Of a stretch of 64,000 bases of DNA, positions 10,874 through 23,282 are shown in pieces. Source of the DNA: Guillardia theta CCMP2712 (lineage: Eukaryota; Protista; Cryptophyta); assembly GCF_000315625.1 (NCBI RefSeq), contig NW_005434640.1:397593-461592 (forward strand). Reading direction: 5' to 3'. Below the pieces are notes generated by a model. The model did not search any database. It had not been told where the DNA came from and was given only the letters and a program-made list of their open reading frames with translations. Both the position numbers and the translations under genes were made by a program. Position 1 is the stretch's first letter, and each line of letters starts with the position of its first letter.

Positions 10874-11670
10874 TGTGAAGGAGTCAAGTCGTGAGCGAGT
10901 TTTTTGCACGCGTGTTTCCGTGGTGCTCGGCCTGCTGATGTTGTATGTGATGTCTTGTAGGAATACGCCTCATGGTTTGAACCTAGTAGCTCCCCCTTAT
11001 CTCTCAACATCCTCCCCCATCGTTTTGAATCTGTCTAACTTCACTCATGCTCGTCTTGACCCTTGTGCTCTCTCTTTAACTTCTTCTCTTTCTCGCCTGA
11101 ATCCCTACTATTTGTGTTCTTCTCGTTATCCCCAGTTTCTCATTTGGAGCTCAACTCTAGGCACGGTGATCTCCTCCTCCTCCCCCTGAATCTTCTCCTA
11201 TCCTCGTATCCTCCTCCATGACCCTCATCTCCTTCTCCTCTTCCTCCTCTCCTCCTCCTCCCCTCACCTCGTTGGGTTGCAGCATGGAGCGTTCCCCATA
11301 GCAGCCAGTCAAAATGGCCCGGCACGAACACCCTGCACATCCCTCTGACAACAAGGATGACCCTACCCCTGATAAGGACAATATCCTCACAAATAAGCTG
11401 TATCCTCCCTCAAGGTCCATTATGACCCCTCTGATATTATGATATTTCATGGCTATTGGAGGGGATAAATGAAATTGCGAGTGAGTTGTACCCCTCCATT
11501 GTTCAAGGTACCCCTACTCATATGCACCCCTACCCCACAAAATGTGTTTCAATTCGGCTGTTCGCCAAAACTCCGACGGGTCAGCGTAAGAAAGCTTGCA
11601 AGAGAAGAAGAGAAGAGAGAGAAGAGAAGAGAGAGAAGAGGAGAAGAGAGAGAGAGAGGAAGAGAAGAGA

Positions 11671-11746
11671 GCAGCAGGGCAGCAGGGCAGCAGGGCAGCA
11701 GGGCAGCAGGGCAGCAGGGCAGCAGGGCAGCAGGGCAGCAGGGCAG
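11671..11746. repeat. 8-bp tandem repeat (GCAGCAGG) x ~9
   Basis: Direct repeat visible in sequence. Confidence 0.95.
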
Positions 11747-12353
11747 GAGAGGGGAGCAGGCGAGCTAAAGAAAAAAGCAGAGGAGTGGACAGAAGAACAC
11801 AATTCTAGGATCAAATGGCAGGAGCCGAACACATCACGTAGGGTGTCAGTGAAGCAGACGGCCATTGCAGCAGCTTTCTCTACAACTTCAAACACCACCA
11901 CGATCACCACCATCACCAATGCCGCCGCAGCCGCTGCTACTGCTGCCGTACTGTTGGTACTAGTTTGCGAAGATGAAATACACTCGCTCCTCTTCTCACT
12001 TCTGTTCTGGTCGTCTCAATCATATGTCGTAGCATGAGACAACTACAAAGTGCCAAGTTTGAGGCGAAAAGGAATCGATGATACAGCAGTGCCCTTGCAG
12101 CAAGTTGTCACTTCCACTGACTTGATCGTGTCATCGCTTCTCTTCCCTCCTTGGCAACTTGAGGCGGAAGAGGAAATAGGGTCGAGCAGGCGATAAAATA
12201 TGACGATACTGGCGATCACACCCCGCATATCTCTTGACCATCATCACAGCTGCTGACAGGAGGGGCATTGATAGGCGGGTTGTCAGGGAGCGAAGGTGTC
12301 AAGCTTTCCTTCATTCCAAGTCCTCAAGACATACAGGGGAACGTCTCCTGCCT

Positions 12354-13324
12354 TCACTGTGCCAGCTTCTTTGCTTTTTGCATCGCGTTGTACGCGTCCG
12401 AGGTCTTGGGGGGCTCGAGCAGCTCCTCCCCGGCTGCAATCCTCCTCCTCTGCTCGATGACCTGCAGAACGATGAGAACAATCGGTGAAAACGCGTTCCC
12501 GCATGCTCCTATCACACCATCTGCTTGAGCTTTACGCCCAACGCCGAGTCGAGCTTCACGTCGGCTGTGTTGACAAGGTAGTTGTCTAGCCCTCCATGCT
12601 TGTCGATGGTCTTGAGAACCGATGTGGTGATGCGCAGCTTGATCATAGTGTCAAAGCAATCGCTCCATAACCTCTTCTGCTGAACGTTGGGCATCCAAGT
12701 TCGACGAGTCCTACGAGATAGTCAGGCTTATGACTCGCACCCTACCCTCCCTTACTTGCGCTCGGAGAACGAGACGTTGTTTCCAAACCCGATCTTTTTC
12801 CCGCCGAACAGCCCTCTATCTGCCCTGTCTGGTCGGCTGAAGATGCATCCCCGTCAGAGCAGGAGTCTCCGACCAAAATATGGAGGGAATGGCGGAACCC
12901 TCCAAGGGCGCAAGGCATGATCAACCAGGGGGGAGAGGAGAGGCGGGGGGCAAAGGGGAGGGGAGGGAGAAAAGGGGAGGGGGTTGGCAAGGTGAGGGGA
13001 AGAGAGGAGGGAAGGAGGGAAGGCAAAGCGAGGTGAGGGATGAGATGGGGAGAGGAGGAGAGGGGATGGGGAGGAGGAGGAGAGGGGATGGGGAGGAGGA
13101 GGAGAGGGGATGGGGAGGAGGAGAGTGGATGGGGGGAGGAGGGAGGGGAGGCGAGGGGAGGCGAGGGGAGGGAGAGGAGGAGAAGGGAGGGAGAGTAGGC
13201 GAGGGAATGGGTGGAGGGGAGGGAGAGGTGAATGTGAGGGAGGTGACCTTGCTCGTTGGAAGGCAGACAGGAGCAGCGACGGCGCCGTCGCCCCCCTCCT
13301 CAGAAACGACGCTCCCGGATCCAT
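12354..13324 (-). CDS. Mitochondrial ribosomal protein L28 (bL28m), spliced
   Basis: Exons give RADRGLFGGKKIGFGNNVSFSERK|TRRTWMPNVQQKRLWSD..IKLRITTSVLKTIDKHGGLDNYL; N-terminus is an Arg/Ser/Leu-rich presequence. Confidence 0.93.
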
Positions 13325-13813
13325 GCAGCCGCTCTCTGACGGTTACAGAACCGTTGTAAATACGTTGAAACGTTCTTCATTGCCCGCCTCCCCTCTCGTA
13401 CCCCTGACAGCACCCCACCCCCTGTCCCTCATTGCGTTAAAATTGTTGATGCCACTACCCCCTAAAATACATACAGGACTACAATTCGGCACATCTTAGT
13501 CTCTCAAGGGTGGGTGATATGTTATGGAAATAGGGGTAGGGGTGATCAGAAAGGTGTAAAACAGTCACCGGTGCTCCTGATTTTTGTACGGAATGGGGGT
13601 GGGGGTAGCTCAGGAAAAGGGGGTGTGCCGTGCTAGGCAGTGTTGAATGGGTGACTGGGGCAGGGATTTCATTTTGTGGGTGGGGTAGTACAAATTAAAA
13701 CACATGTGGGGTACTAGAAAAGGTAAATGTAGGGGTACTCTGAAGTCACTTCTCATTTTGTGGGGTACATGTAGTGTGTAGGGGGTGGGGGTACAGGGTA
13801 GCGGTGCGCAGCT

Positions 13814-15716
13814 ATGGCAGGTCGGCAGGGCATGAAGGCAATCTGGCTCCTGCTGAGCCTTCCATGCGCAGTGAGCGCAGCAGCAATGGCATCAGGAGCA
13901 GGAGTAATGGCCTCATCAGGAGCGTCATGCTCTGAGTCAGTGAATGCTGCCCCGCAGCTTCAGTGGAAGCCAAGGAACAAGGCATGCTATGCCCCAAACT
14001 TGCCCCTGTCGTGCTCCAACCCACGCGCGCCTCTGAAAGTTTGTGGGGTGCCGAGGGCGCGCTATGCCGCAGCTTCGAATGTGTGCATGACGCATTCCGA
14101 CGGCAGAATGCAGAGGAGAGATGTTCTTGCTGGAGCCTTTGCCCTCAATGTTGCAGGGTGTTTCGTGCCCGACGTCTTTGCCGAACAAGCGCAAGACTTG
14201 ATCAGCGACGCTTCGAACATGCCCTTGTCTCGCAATCAGCTCGATGCAGGCGCCTCGTACATTCTGTCACAAGAGCAGGCCTTGATTGGGGAGGAGGACC
14301 TGCGAGACGACATGATCTTCACTTTTAGAGGCGAGCAGATGGTGAAGACGAACAGCGAGGGAGCTCTCCGATACCTCTCGCGGCGCAATGCAGTCTTCTT
14401 CGGCGAATCTCACGATTCGTTCAAGGACAAGAAGCTTGCAACGAGGATCTTGAAGGAACTCCACGAGCGCAGGGGCCGCGTGGTCGTCGGACTGGAGATG
14501 GTACAGCAACCGTTCCAGCAAGTCCTCGACTGGTGGGAGGACGTGGGTTGTGCTGTGGGTGCTGAGAGCTGTCGCAGGTATGTGTTCTCAGCCGTGCCCA
14601 GCAAAGGTTCGGACTCGCTGCTGTTCGAGAAGACCGAGTGGAACGACCGATGGGGGTGGAACTTCAAAGCATACCTCCCGGTCTTGCAGTACTGCCAGCT
14701 GCACAAGTGAGACGGTTGTGGTGCTGTCTCCTGCACTGATGTGCCGGTAGGATTCCTCTGCTAGCTCTCAACGTCGAGGCCGAGACTACCAGCAAGGTGC
14801 AGCAGCAAGGTGCTCCTCCTCCCTCCTACGAGCAGCAGGCTTCGATCCCTCACCCCACTCACACAGGTCTGGTCTCACTTTCCAGCGAGGAGCGGAGGAG
14901 GTTGATCATCGACCCGAATGGTTTCGTGCAAGAGAGCCTCTCCAAGACCTTCCCCTCGTGCGACTCCCCGTCCCCCTTCCCCGTCCGCGTCCTTATCTTA
15001 CCCCATCGCCCCTTCCCCGTCCTCCTCTTCCTCTCCTCCTGCCTCGTGACAGCTCGGACAGGTACGTCAGGTCCGTGCTGAAGCCCAGCTTCGACGCGCA
15101 TGTCAACATGGGGATCTACAACAACGATGCCAAGACCTTCCAGAACTTCGTGGCCAACAGGATCTTGTGGGACGAGACCATGGCGTCGGCAGCGGCCAAG
15201 TGAGGAGCAACATGATGGGCAGGCGCCTGCTGACTTCGGCCGCAGGTTTCTCCTCAAGAACCCTGACGTGCAGCTGGTGGGGCTGGTGGGAGGGGATCAC
15301 GTCAAAACGAATCACGGCATCCCCGCCAAGATCGATCGCATCCTCCGCAACCTGGGCTTCTCGAACCCTCACACAGGTACGTGAGAGGGTTCAGAGCAAG
15401 GGAGGGAACGAAGTGAGAGGGAGGGAAGGAGGGAGGGAGAGTGGGAGGGAAAGGAAGATAGGGAACGATTGTTGGATGGTCATAGAGCAGAAGAGGAGGA
15501 GGAGCACACAGGGAGTGACAAGTTTGCGCAGCTTCGGTAGCGTTGAACCCCAACTGGAGGATTTTCTCCAACAGCCGCAAGCTGGTCGAGCTCGAACATC
15601 TCGAGGTGGCGCAGCAGAAGGAGAGCGCGAGCTCTGAGGCGGAGTGGGAGGGGTACGGATGGAACAGCCAGCAGTCTAGGAACCATCCCTTCAGCGACAT
15701 CGTGTGGTTCTCCTGA
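13814..15716 (+). CDS. ChaN/DUF399 (Tiki/EreA-like haem-uptake superfamily) protein, probably plastid/thylakoid-lumen targeted
   Basis: VFFGESHD, VVVGLEMVQQPFQQVLD, WGWNFKAYLPV, IPLLALNV, LWDETMA, GLVGGDHVK..GIP, ADIVWFS*; hydrophobic N-terminus and QRRDVLAG..VFA motif. Confidence 0.85.
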
Positions 15717-15858
15717 GGGTCCTCGCTCGAGACATGCCTGTATACTCTGTAAACTATTCTGCTCCACTGCCCTCTCCTCCTCTCCTCCTTGTTCCTCCTT
15801 CAGCCGCTCTCCTTCTCTCCCCCCCTCAAGCTCCGGTAGCTCTCCTTCCCGCCAAGCC

Positions 15859-18800
15859 TCACATGTACTGCAAGCCTTGCGACTGCTGCTGATAGGGCAG
15901 CATGGAAGAGGTTGTCTGCTCGCTGCGTCAGGTACTCCTCGCCTCCTCCTCTCCTCCTCTCACCACAGGACGAGGTGCCATGCTCGCTAGAGTCGGCAAC
16001 ATCCCCCCCGAAAACGAACCAGCTGGCAACGAACCAGGGAAGGAGGCACGAGACTGCTGGGCCTGACAAGAGTTGCCGTCACTTGCCGCCTCCTCCTCTC
16101 CCCTCTTGTCTCTCACTGCGTTCGACTGCGACTGAGACTGCGTCCGGTTCCCTGCTCCCCCATACCTCAAGCACGCAAGCTGGTCGGGGACCTTCAAGTC
16201 TGTCAGCAGTTGCAAGGGGAGCGATGGAGAGAGGAGGGAAGGAGCAGGGGAGCGGGAAGAGGAAGAGGAGGATGTCAGATCTCACCTCCAACGGCCTCCA
16301 GCAGCCGAAGATGGGGCAGAAGTACTTCTTCTTCTCTCCGTCCTCTGCCTTGGACTCGACCACCATGGGCATCTTGGGCTGCTCCCATGTCGTCATGTTG
16401 GACCCTCTGTTCCAGTAGTAGAGCTTCTGCGTCCTCTCGTCCAGCACGACCTGCCAGCCGTTTGGCAGCGCGCAGAATTCGTCGAAGGAAGAGACCCAGT
16501 TGGTCTTGTGCTTCCTCTGCTCTATCAGGTGTTGCAGGGCCAGCGGCACCACCTGGGGAGGGTCCATGCAGATCCTCTCGGAGGCAGCAGCCGAGTCAGC
16601 CGACGCTTCGTCCCTCTTCTCCTGCGAATCCTGCGAGCCCCCAGCGTCTTGGGGCTGGAGGTTCTTGCTGTGACAGGCGTCCAGCGTCTCCTTGAGGTCC
16701 GTCTCGAACATCTGCATCGCATCGCTCGCCCACTTGAAGATTGTGCTTCCCTCCTCGTTGTACATGAGCGCGTTCTTGAACGTGAGCCGCATGTCGGCTG
16801 CGACGTCTCCCATGGTCTCGTAAAAGTTCCCCGTCTCAAGCCTGTGCCTGATCGTCCCCAAGTCCATCGGCTCGCGGATCACGTCGAGGTAGTCTGAGCA
16901 GCCGTCCTCCAGCGGCCGCACCGGCGAGAGGAGCATGCGGCAGTGAGGACGGTTAGTGGACTTGTCCACAAGCTCTTTGGCAGCCTCGAGGTACTGGGGG
17001 ACGGAGAGCGGGACATCCTCGCCTGTCTCCCCGTAGCTCTGGTTCACCGCTGACTTGACTTTCATCATCGACGTATCGACAATCCTCTGCAGGTTCTGCA
17101 CCATGTCGTACTCGCGCGAGCCGTACTTGAAGTTGGTCACGGCGTTGCGGAGGGCGAGGCGGATGTCAGAGTCGACCTGCAGAGAGCTGCTGTAGATCCC
17201 CAGCTCCATGGAGTAGCGGACGAGCGTCAGGTCCATCGGGTTCACAACCCTCCTCGCGTTGTCCTCGTCTGCGAGGAAGTCGCCGCCCTCGGACATGAAA
17301 CTTCCATTTTTGTCCTTGGTCAGCGTCTCGAGCAGCCGCGAGATGAAGTTGAGCTTGCGAGGAATCTTGCTGTAGTAGAACCTCTGCGACTTCTTGAGCC
17401 TGAGCGGCGGAGGTCCCTCCTGCTTCTCCTTGGATAAGGCGTCAACATCCATGTCCTCCGAGCCTGAGATCGCAGCAAGTGAGCACGAAAGGACTTGAGA
17501 TGTCTCCTCCTCCTCCTCCTCCTCCNNNNNNNNNNNNNNNNNNNNNNNNNNNNNNNNNNNNNNNNNNNNNNNNNNNNNNNNNNNNNNNNNNNNNNNNNNN
17601 NNNNNNNNNNNNNNNNNNNNNNNNNCCTCCTCCTCCTCCTCCTCCTCCTCCTCCTCCTCCTCCTCCTCCTCCTCCTCCTCCTCCTCCTCCTCCTCCTCCT
17701 CCTCCTCCTCCTCCTCCTCCTCCTCCTCCTCCCCCTCCCCCTCACCCTCACCCTCACCCTTACCTGGCGGTTTGACTTCGAGGCAGAAGAACCAGCGGAA
17801 CCTCTGCTCCAGCTCCGCTAGCAGCGTGCAGCTGAACTTCGTCTCCAGCGTGTGCATCGAGAGGTCTGGCTCGCAGTGCGAGATGGAGGGGGCGGTCGGG
17901 AAGTTGGGCTTCTGCCTGGGAGGCAGCTGGAGGATGGTGCCTTGGAGCAACCTCGCGTTCATGTGCAGGGCAGGGTAGTTGTGCTTGTTGAGAGCAGTAA
18001 GAGCTTCTGCCGAGACCTGCGCGCGAGCAGCAGAGATCAGAGAACAGTGAGGCGGAGAGGGGACGAAGGAGAAGACGCAGGAGGGAGGGAGACGAGAGGA
18101 AGAGATATCGGGGGCGGTGGATGTACCCCGAGCTTCTTGGCGATGAGGCGAGGAGTCTCGTCGTCCTCAGCCACGTACTCGAGCATCTCCTCATAGTCGT
18201 CGTGATCCTCCTGCTCGAAAGCGTCCAAGGAGAACACGTCCCTCCTAGCCGACTCCTCCGCCTGCTGCGGCTCAGCCTCCCCATCCATCTCCTTCCCGTT
18301 CTCTCCATCATCGAAGTTGTCCTCATCCGCGTCGGCAGCTCGCTGGTCAGCTGAAGCTCTCTCTGCCTCCGCCCTCTTGCCGCTGGCCTCCGTCTCAACC
18401 GGGACGGCAGTGAGATCAGCGTGTCCGCGGGATTTCGGAAAATACTTGGAGAAGATCTTACGAACTTCGATCAGAACCTTGGCAACCAAGTCAGACAAGT
18501 CAACTGAGCGAAGGGGCGGGCAAAACCTCGGCAGGGTTCTCGTACTTGCCGTCCTTGACTTGTTTGATGATCTCCTGCATCTTGCTGTAGCTGTTCTTCT
18601 CTGACTTCTTTTGATTGCTGAAGATCAGCCAGGCACTGCTCATACACTTGCGTTACTCTCCTCCTCCTCCTCCTCCTCCTCCTCCTCCTCCTCCTCCTCC
18701 TCCTCCTCCTCCTCCTCCTCCTCCTCCTCCCAACACCCCTCACTCCTCCAACCTCTTTTCCCCCTAATTATTCGTTTCCCTCCTTTCCCTCCCTCTCTCC

Positions 18801-21800
18801 CCCTCCTCCATTCTCCCTAGAAGATCCACCTGGGCAGTTGAACCACCTCTTCCAGCATCGAGACACACAGCTCCTTCCAGTCCGCCACCCGCTGAAGCTG
18901 AAACGAGGCCTGCAAGAGCGTCAGCGTGCGGCTGTGCCCAACATCCCCCGGCTGACCGTCTGCTGGAGGTCATCCCGAAACTCTGAGGAAGGCAGCGAGT
19001 GATCGCGGAAGATGAAGGAGTGCTGGATGGTCTGAAGGATCTCGTGCGAGAGCTCATGCTCCAGGCTTCCCGACTCAGCTCCACTCAGCAGGTTCGGGAT
19101 GATGGTCAACACTGAGCGACTGGACGAGGCGTCAGGAGGAGCAGGCGGAAACTGGAGACTGACATGTCGGCGACGACTTCGTCGGAGTTGGAGTAGTATC
19201 CATGCTTGAGCAGCACGACGATGGTGTACAGGTCGATCGGGTCGCTCTCCAGCATCAGCAGCCTGCCGGACCGTCAGAGGAGCTCAGATGGCGAGACGAG
19301 CAGACTTCTTGATCCTCGTCGACTCGCCGAGAGGGAAGGTGAAGAAGGGCCAGGCAGCCGGGAGTTTGAAAACTCTGTTGAGAGTGTGGAGGCACTCAAT
19401 CAGCCAGACCTCCGGGTCTTCTTCGTTGGGTCCCTTGCCGACCTGAATTTCCCTCCGATCAGCGGGGATGTTTCATCCCTCAGGGGCGAGAGGAGGAGCG
19501 GGCGCGTACCTTGGTGAACTCGTCGATGTCGGACAAGTGAGACAAGCTGGTCTCCTGAAGCCGAGACACTTCCTCCATGAAGTCTTTCAAGAACATCTTC
19601 CATATCGGTTTCTGGAGGGAACATGTCAAATCTCGACCAGGTTGTCAAATCGGGAGATACGTTTGAGTTTGGAACGCGGCCATCGCTCTTGAAGCAGTTC
19701 AACGCCTGTACGAGAGGAGCGATCAACTTCATACAGGTACCGCGATGATTAAACGGATTTCAACAAGCCATGGGTATGAACTTTGAGCATTTCGTTCTCC
19801 TTACCTTCCAAAACCGAATCATGAACTTTGCCGGGTGTTTGAAACAGTCAGATTCGATCTCATCTGACAACTTCTCCAGACTCCTCTGTGAGATCCCGTA
19901 CTTTCCATCCTCCGAGTTGAAGATGTGATCCTGTACTCTGGACAGGAGCTTTTGCAACCCGTGCTTCCAAGGAAGCTCCTTTGGGAGCAAGTCAGCTCAC
20001 TCCTCCTCTTCACAACCACCCACCTGCTTTGTCATCTTGTAGAATTTCCGCGGAAGCTCGAGGAGCGTCTCGTCGCCTTCGCCCATGAAGACTGACTTGA
20101 GGGTTTTCTTGTAATTGCTGCCACGTCCTGACGAGCTCCAGGCTGACTGCAGGGCCTTGTATTTCTGCCGACCTTGTCACAACTTGTGGACAAGGAGGAG
20201 TCCTGGAAGTCACCTGGCTGAACTCAGACTTGAGAAACTTGGCTCTGTTCATGAGCTCGAGGTTTTCAATCCCCTCGTTTTTGTCTTCACTCGAATTAAT
20301 GAGCTCAATCACGGTGTCGAAAACGCTGTCCACATCCTGCACCAACATGTCGGCGGTCTCGTACTCCCCCGCGTCCAGTCGCCCGATGATTTGATCTAAG
20401 TCAACGTTCTCAGCTCCCATCTGCTATTTTGTCAAACGAGCCGTGCAGGAGCAGGCGGAAATATCCACCTTGGAAACGTAGGCCTCAAGAGCATTCCAGG
20501 CGTTTGCCTGCTTTTTGACATCTTCAATCAGCTTCTTGCAGTCCTCAGGCCAGCTGTTCTCCTTGGCAATGAACTCTCTCTGCATTCCAACTCCAAACTT
20601 GGAGTTGGCATCGTCTAGAATCGGCAGGAACTTCAAAGAGTCTTTTCTATCCAGGATGTGCATGAGGTTCTGCGTAACATTCTTGGGTGAGCGAGTCGTG
20701 ACAGTGCAGCGATGGGAGGATGTTGCCTGCCATTCGGTGTTGAAGATCTCTTGCATCTCTTTTGCCATCCCATGCAGCTGATGCTCCTCTTCGTAATGAG
20801 CCATCGCGTTGGAAAACACCGATCGAATGTCCCTCAAGAAGTCCTTGGGGTCAAGGTCAAGCGAAGAAACAACTCCTCTCTTTCACCTTCCGTCCTCCTC
20901 GCGTGTAATCGCCATTGGACAGCTTCTCCATCACAGTCCTGATATCCACATTCCTTTTGGCCTGGTTGGCGGCGTTTTGATCCGAGAACTGGTTCAATCG
21001 TGACCATCAAGATCGTTCGCCTGAGCATGTCTTACCTGCAGAGGCCCCATGAACGCCCACGCGTTCTCGTGCTGCAGAAAGGTGGTTAGGGAACCTTCGG
21101 CTGGAGGTGAAGAAGACACCTGGATCAACTTCTGCATCACTTCATACGCGCCTCCCTTCCATCCCGACTCCTACTCGAAAATCAGAACTCCTTGAGAGCA
21201 ACAAGACCTTCCTCGCTCACCTGAACTGCACGCATGTAGACTGGATTGAGAGCTGACGACGACTTGGACCCTTCCTTGCTCTTTGAATTCGAAGACGTGG
21301 GCGGAGTGGCGGTAATCTCCTTCCTACTCGGCGTTGCTCCCGCAGCGTTCGACTTGCGGTTCATTCCGCCCATAGTGAAGTCAGCGTCATCCATCCGATC
21401 TCCTTCATCATTGTTGTAGAGGTCGCCTTGAATCTTGGCCCAGTTTTCCTCGAAGAAATTACTGATCCTTTGAGCAGCCGCGTTGACCTGTCAGGTAAGT
21501 AGCGTCAAAGTCAAAACCTCAAGCTCGATCCTCTCAACCTCTTCTGATTCTCGATGCAGCGATACCGCGTTAGAGATGATCTTGCGAACATCCGCTGCGA
21601 AGTCGTCGGGCTTCAAGTAATCTCCGTCCTTTACCAAGTGTTAGAGACAAGTTTCTTTTCCTACCTCCAAAGCCCCTCCCCCCCGCCGCTTCTCCCTCTT
21701 TGTCTCTTTCTGTCATTACAGCCAAATAAAAGATACAAACCTCGAGTTTGTTACGAATCTTTCCGAGATCCTAGTAGGAGGCTAGTTATGAACACAGAAT

Positions 21801-22159
21801 CTCTTTGCGTCTTAACGCACCAAAGGTTCTTTCACCACGTTGTAGTAATCAGAAGTGCCCATGGTGGAAGTCTCCGCCTCCTGAGAGGAGGGTCAGCTCA
21901 GACCTTGTGTTTGCGCGTGCGCCTAACCTGTTGGAATGGCCAGACATCCTTGTGCCTTAGCAAGCGACTCAAAACTTTTGATCCCAGCTCCACATTCCAC
22001 TTGGCGCTTTCCACCGCAGCATAGCCCTGTCACAAGAACGCATCAGGACGCCATCTACGCGCGAGAGCCACTCACCGTTGACAGTCGCTGACGCTTTGAT
22101 GCCGGGGACATTGAGTTGATCTCGCTCTGCCGGGAAGACATCTGCTTCCGATTGGACAT
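15859..22159 (-). CDS. Large multi-bromodomain protein with LysM-like and WW domains, multi-exon
   Basis: ATG 22159 (MSNRKQMSS..). Bromodomain signatures: LLRHKDVWPFQ..DYYNVVKEP..DFAADVRKIISNA; HENAWAFMGP..DIRSVFSNAMAHY; VDLDQIIGRLDAGEY..QDVDSVF; DPIDLYTIVVLLKHGYY; NPMDLTLVRYSMELGIY..DIRLALRNA; DYLDVIREPMDLGTIRHRL..DMRLTFKNALMYN. WW: LPNGWQVVLDERTQKLYYWNRGSNMTTWEQP. Stop placement tentative. Confidence 0.88.
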
Positions 22160-23282
22160 GCAAGTTGTCCAGGAATCCACGTGTTTCGGGCAAATTCTTG
22201 TTACATGTGCGCGGGTAGCCTTCGCAAGAACACAAAGAGATTAATCTATGTTCAGTAAGATAAAAGAAGTATTCAATTTTCTGTGATCGTTGTGTTAAAT
22301 ATTCTCCTCAGAGTGTTAAAGATCTTTAAATCGCCTCCTCCCTGTCTGTACTGCCGTGTCCATTGGAAAGGTCCCACGCCTAGGATGGGAGACTGAGACT
22401 GATCTCACTTGATCTCTCCCCCATACTATCCTTCCATGCATGCTCTTCTCCCTCGTCCCATCATTCTTCGCTCTCTCTCTCCCTCTCTTCCTCTTCCCCG
22501 CCCACAATTCCGTTATTTATCCGTTATCAATATCGTTATTTTATGATCATGCTGTAACGGAAGCCGGTTCACGGGCCCGCCGGTTTGACGCCACTGGAAC
22601 ACATCGAGAATGACCAAGAGAAGTTTTACTCAATACTGAAATTTAGCTTAACTTTGAGTAAAGAGTGACTGAAGTTCCCTATGGGTGGGGTGGTCATTTG
22701 TCAGGGTACGAGAGGGTACGGTAATGAGGGCTCGGTATAAAAGGGGGTGGTTTCCAAAGGAAAAGGGGGGTGGAGGAATCGGAGGAGTTGAAGAGGTGGG
22801 GTGGGCAAGTTCCATGGCTAGAGCGAAAATGTGTAACAATAAGAGCTTTGGCATGAAGTGCAGGAGAAGGGGGGGAGGAAGAGGAAAGAGGAGGTAGAGG
22901 AGGAGGAGAGACAAGAAGAGAGAGGGGCTGAGAGGATGAGGAAGACAAGGGGAGGAAAGGAGTAGGAGGAAGAGAAGTGGAGGAATGGTACAATGGGTGG
23001 ACACGAGCCAGTCCAGCCAAGGAATACAAGAAGTCCCCAGGAGTGACACAACTTTAGAAGGTACAAGTGAGGCAGGTAGCACAGATAGTGATGCCACGAT
23101 CAAGTTCGATCCTCCGTGATGAAGGACTGACACTGAAGAGCAGGCTCACAAGGAAAACAAGTCTGGCGGGTATTTCAAGAGCAAGCATGCCACTCGGCGA
23201 TTCTCTACAGTGCAGTACTATTTTTTAGCCATCTCAACATCTTTCAGCTTCTTCTTCTAGTCGTTCAAAGATTCTCACCGCC

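Noticed and set aside
11760-12230. Possible small gene between the 8-bp repeat and L28
   Set aside because: No consistent exon chain or recognisable product could be built.
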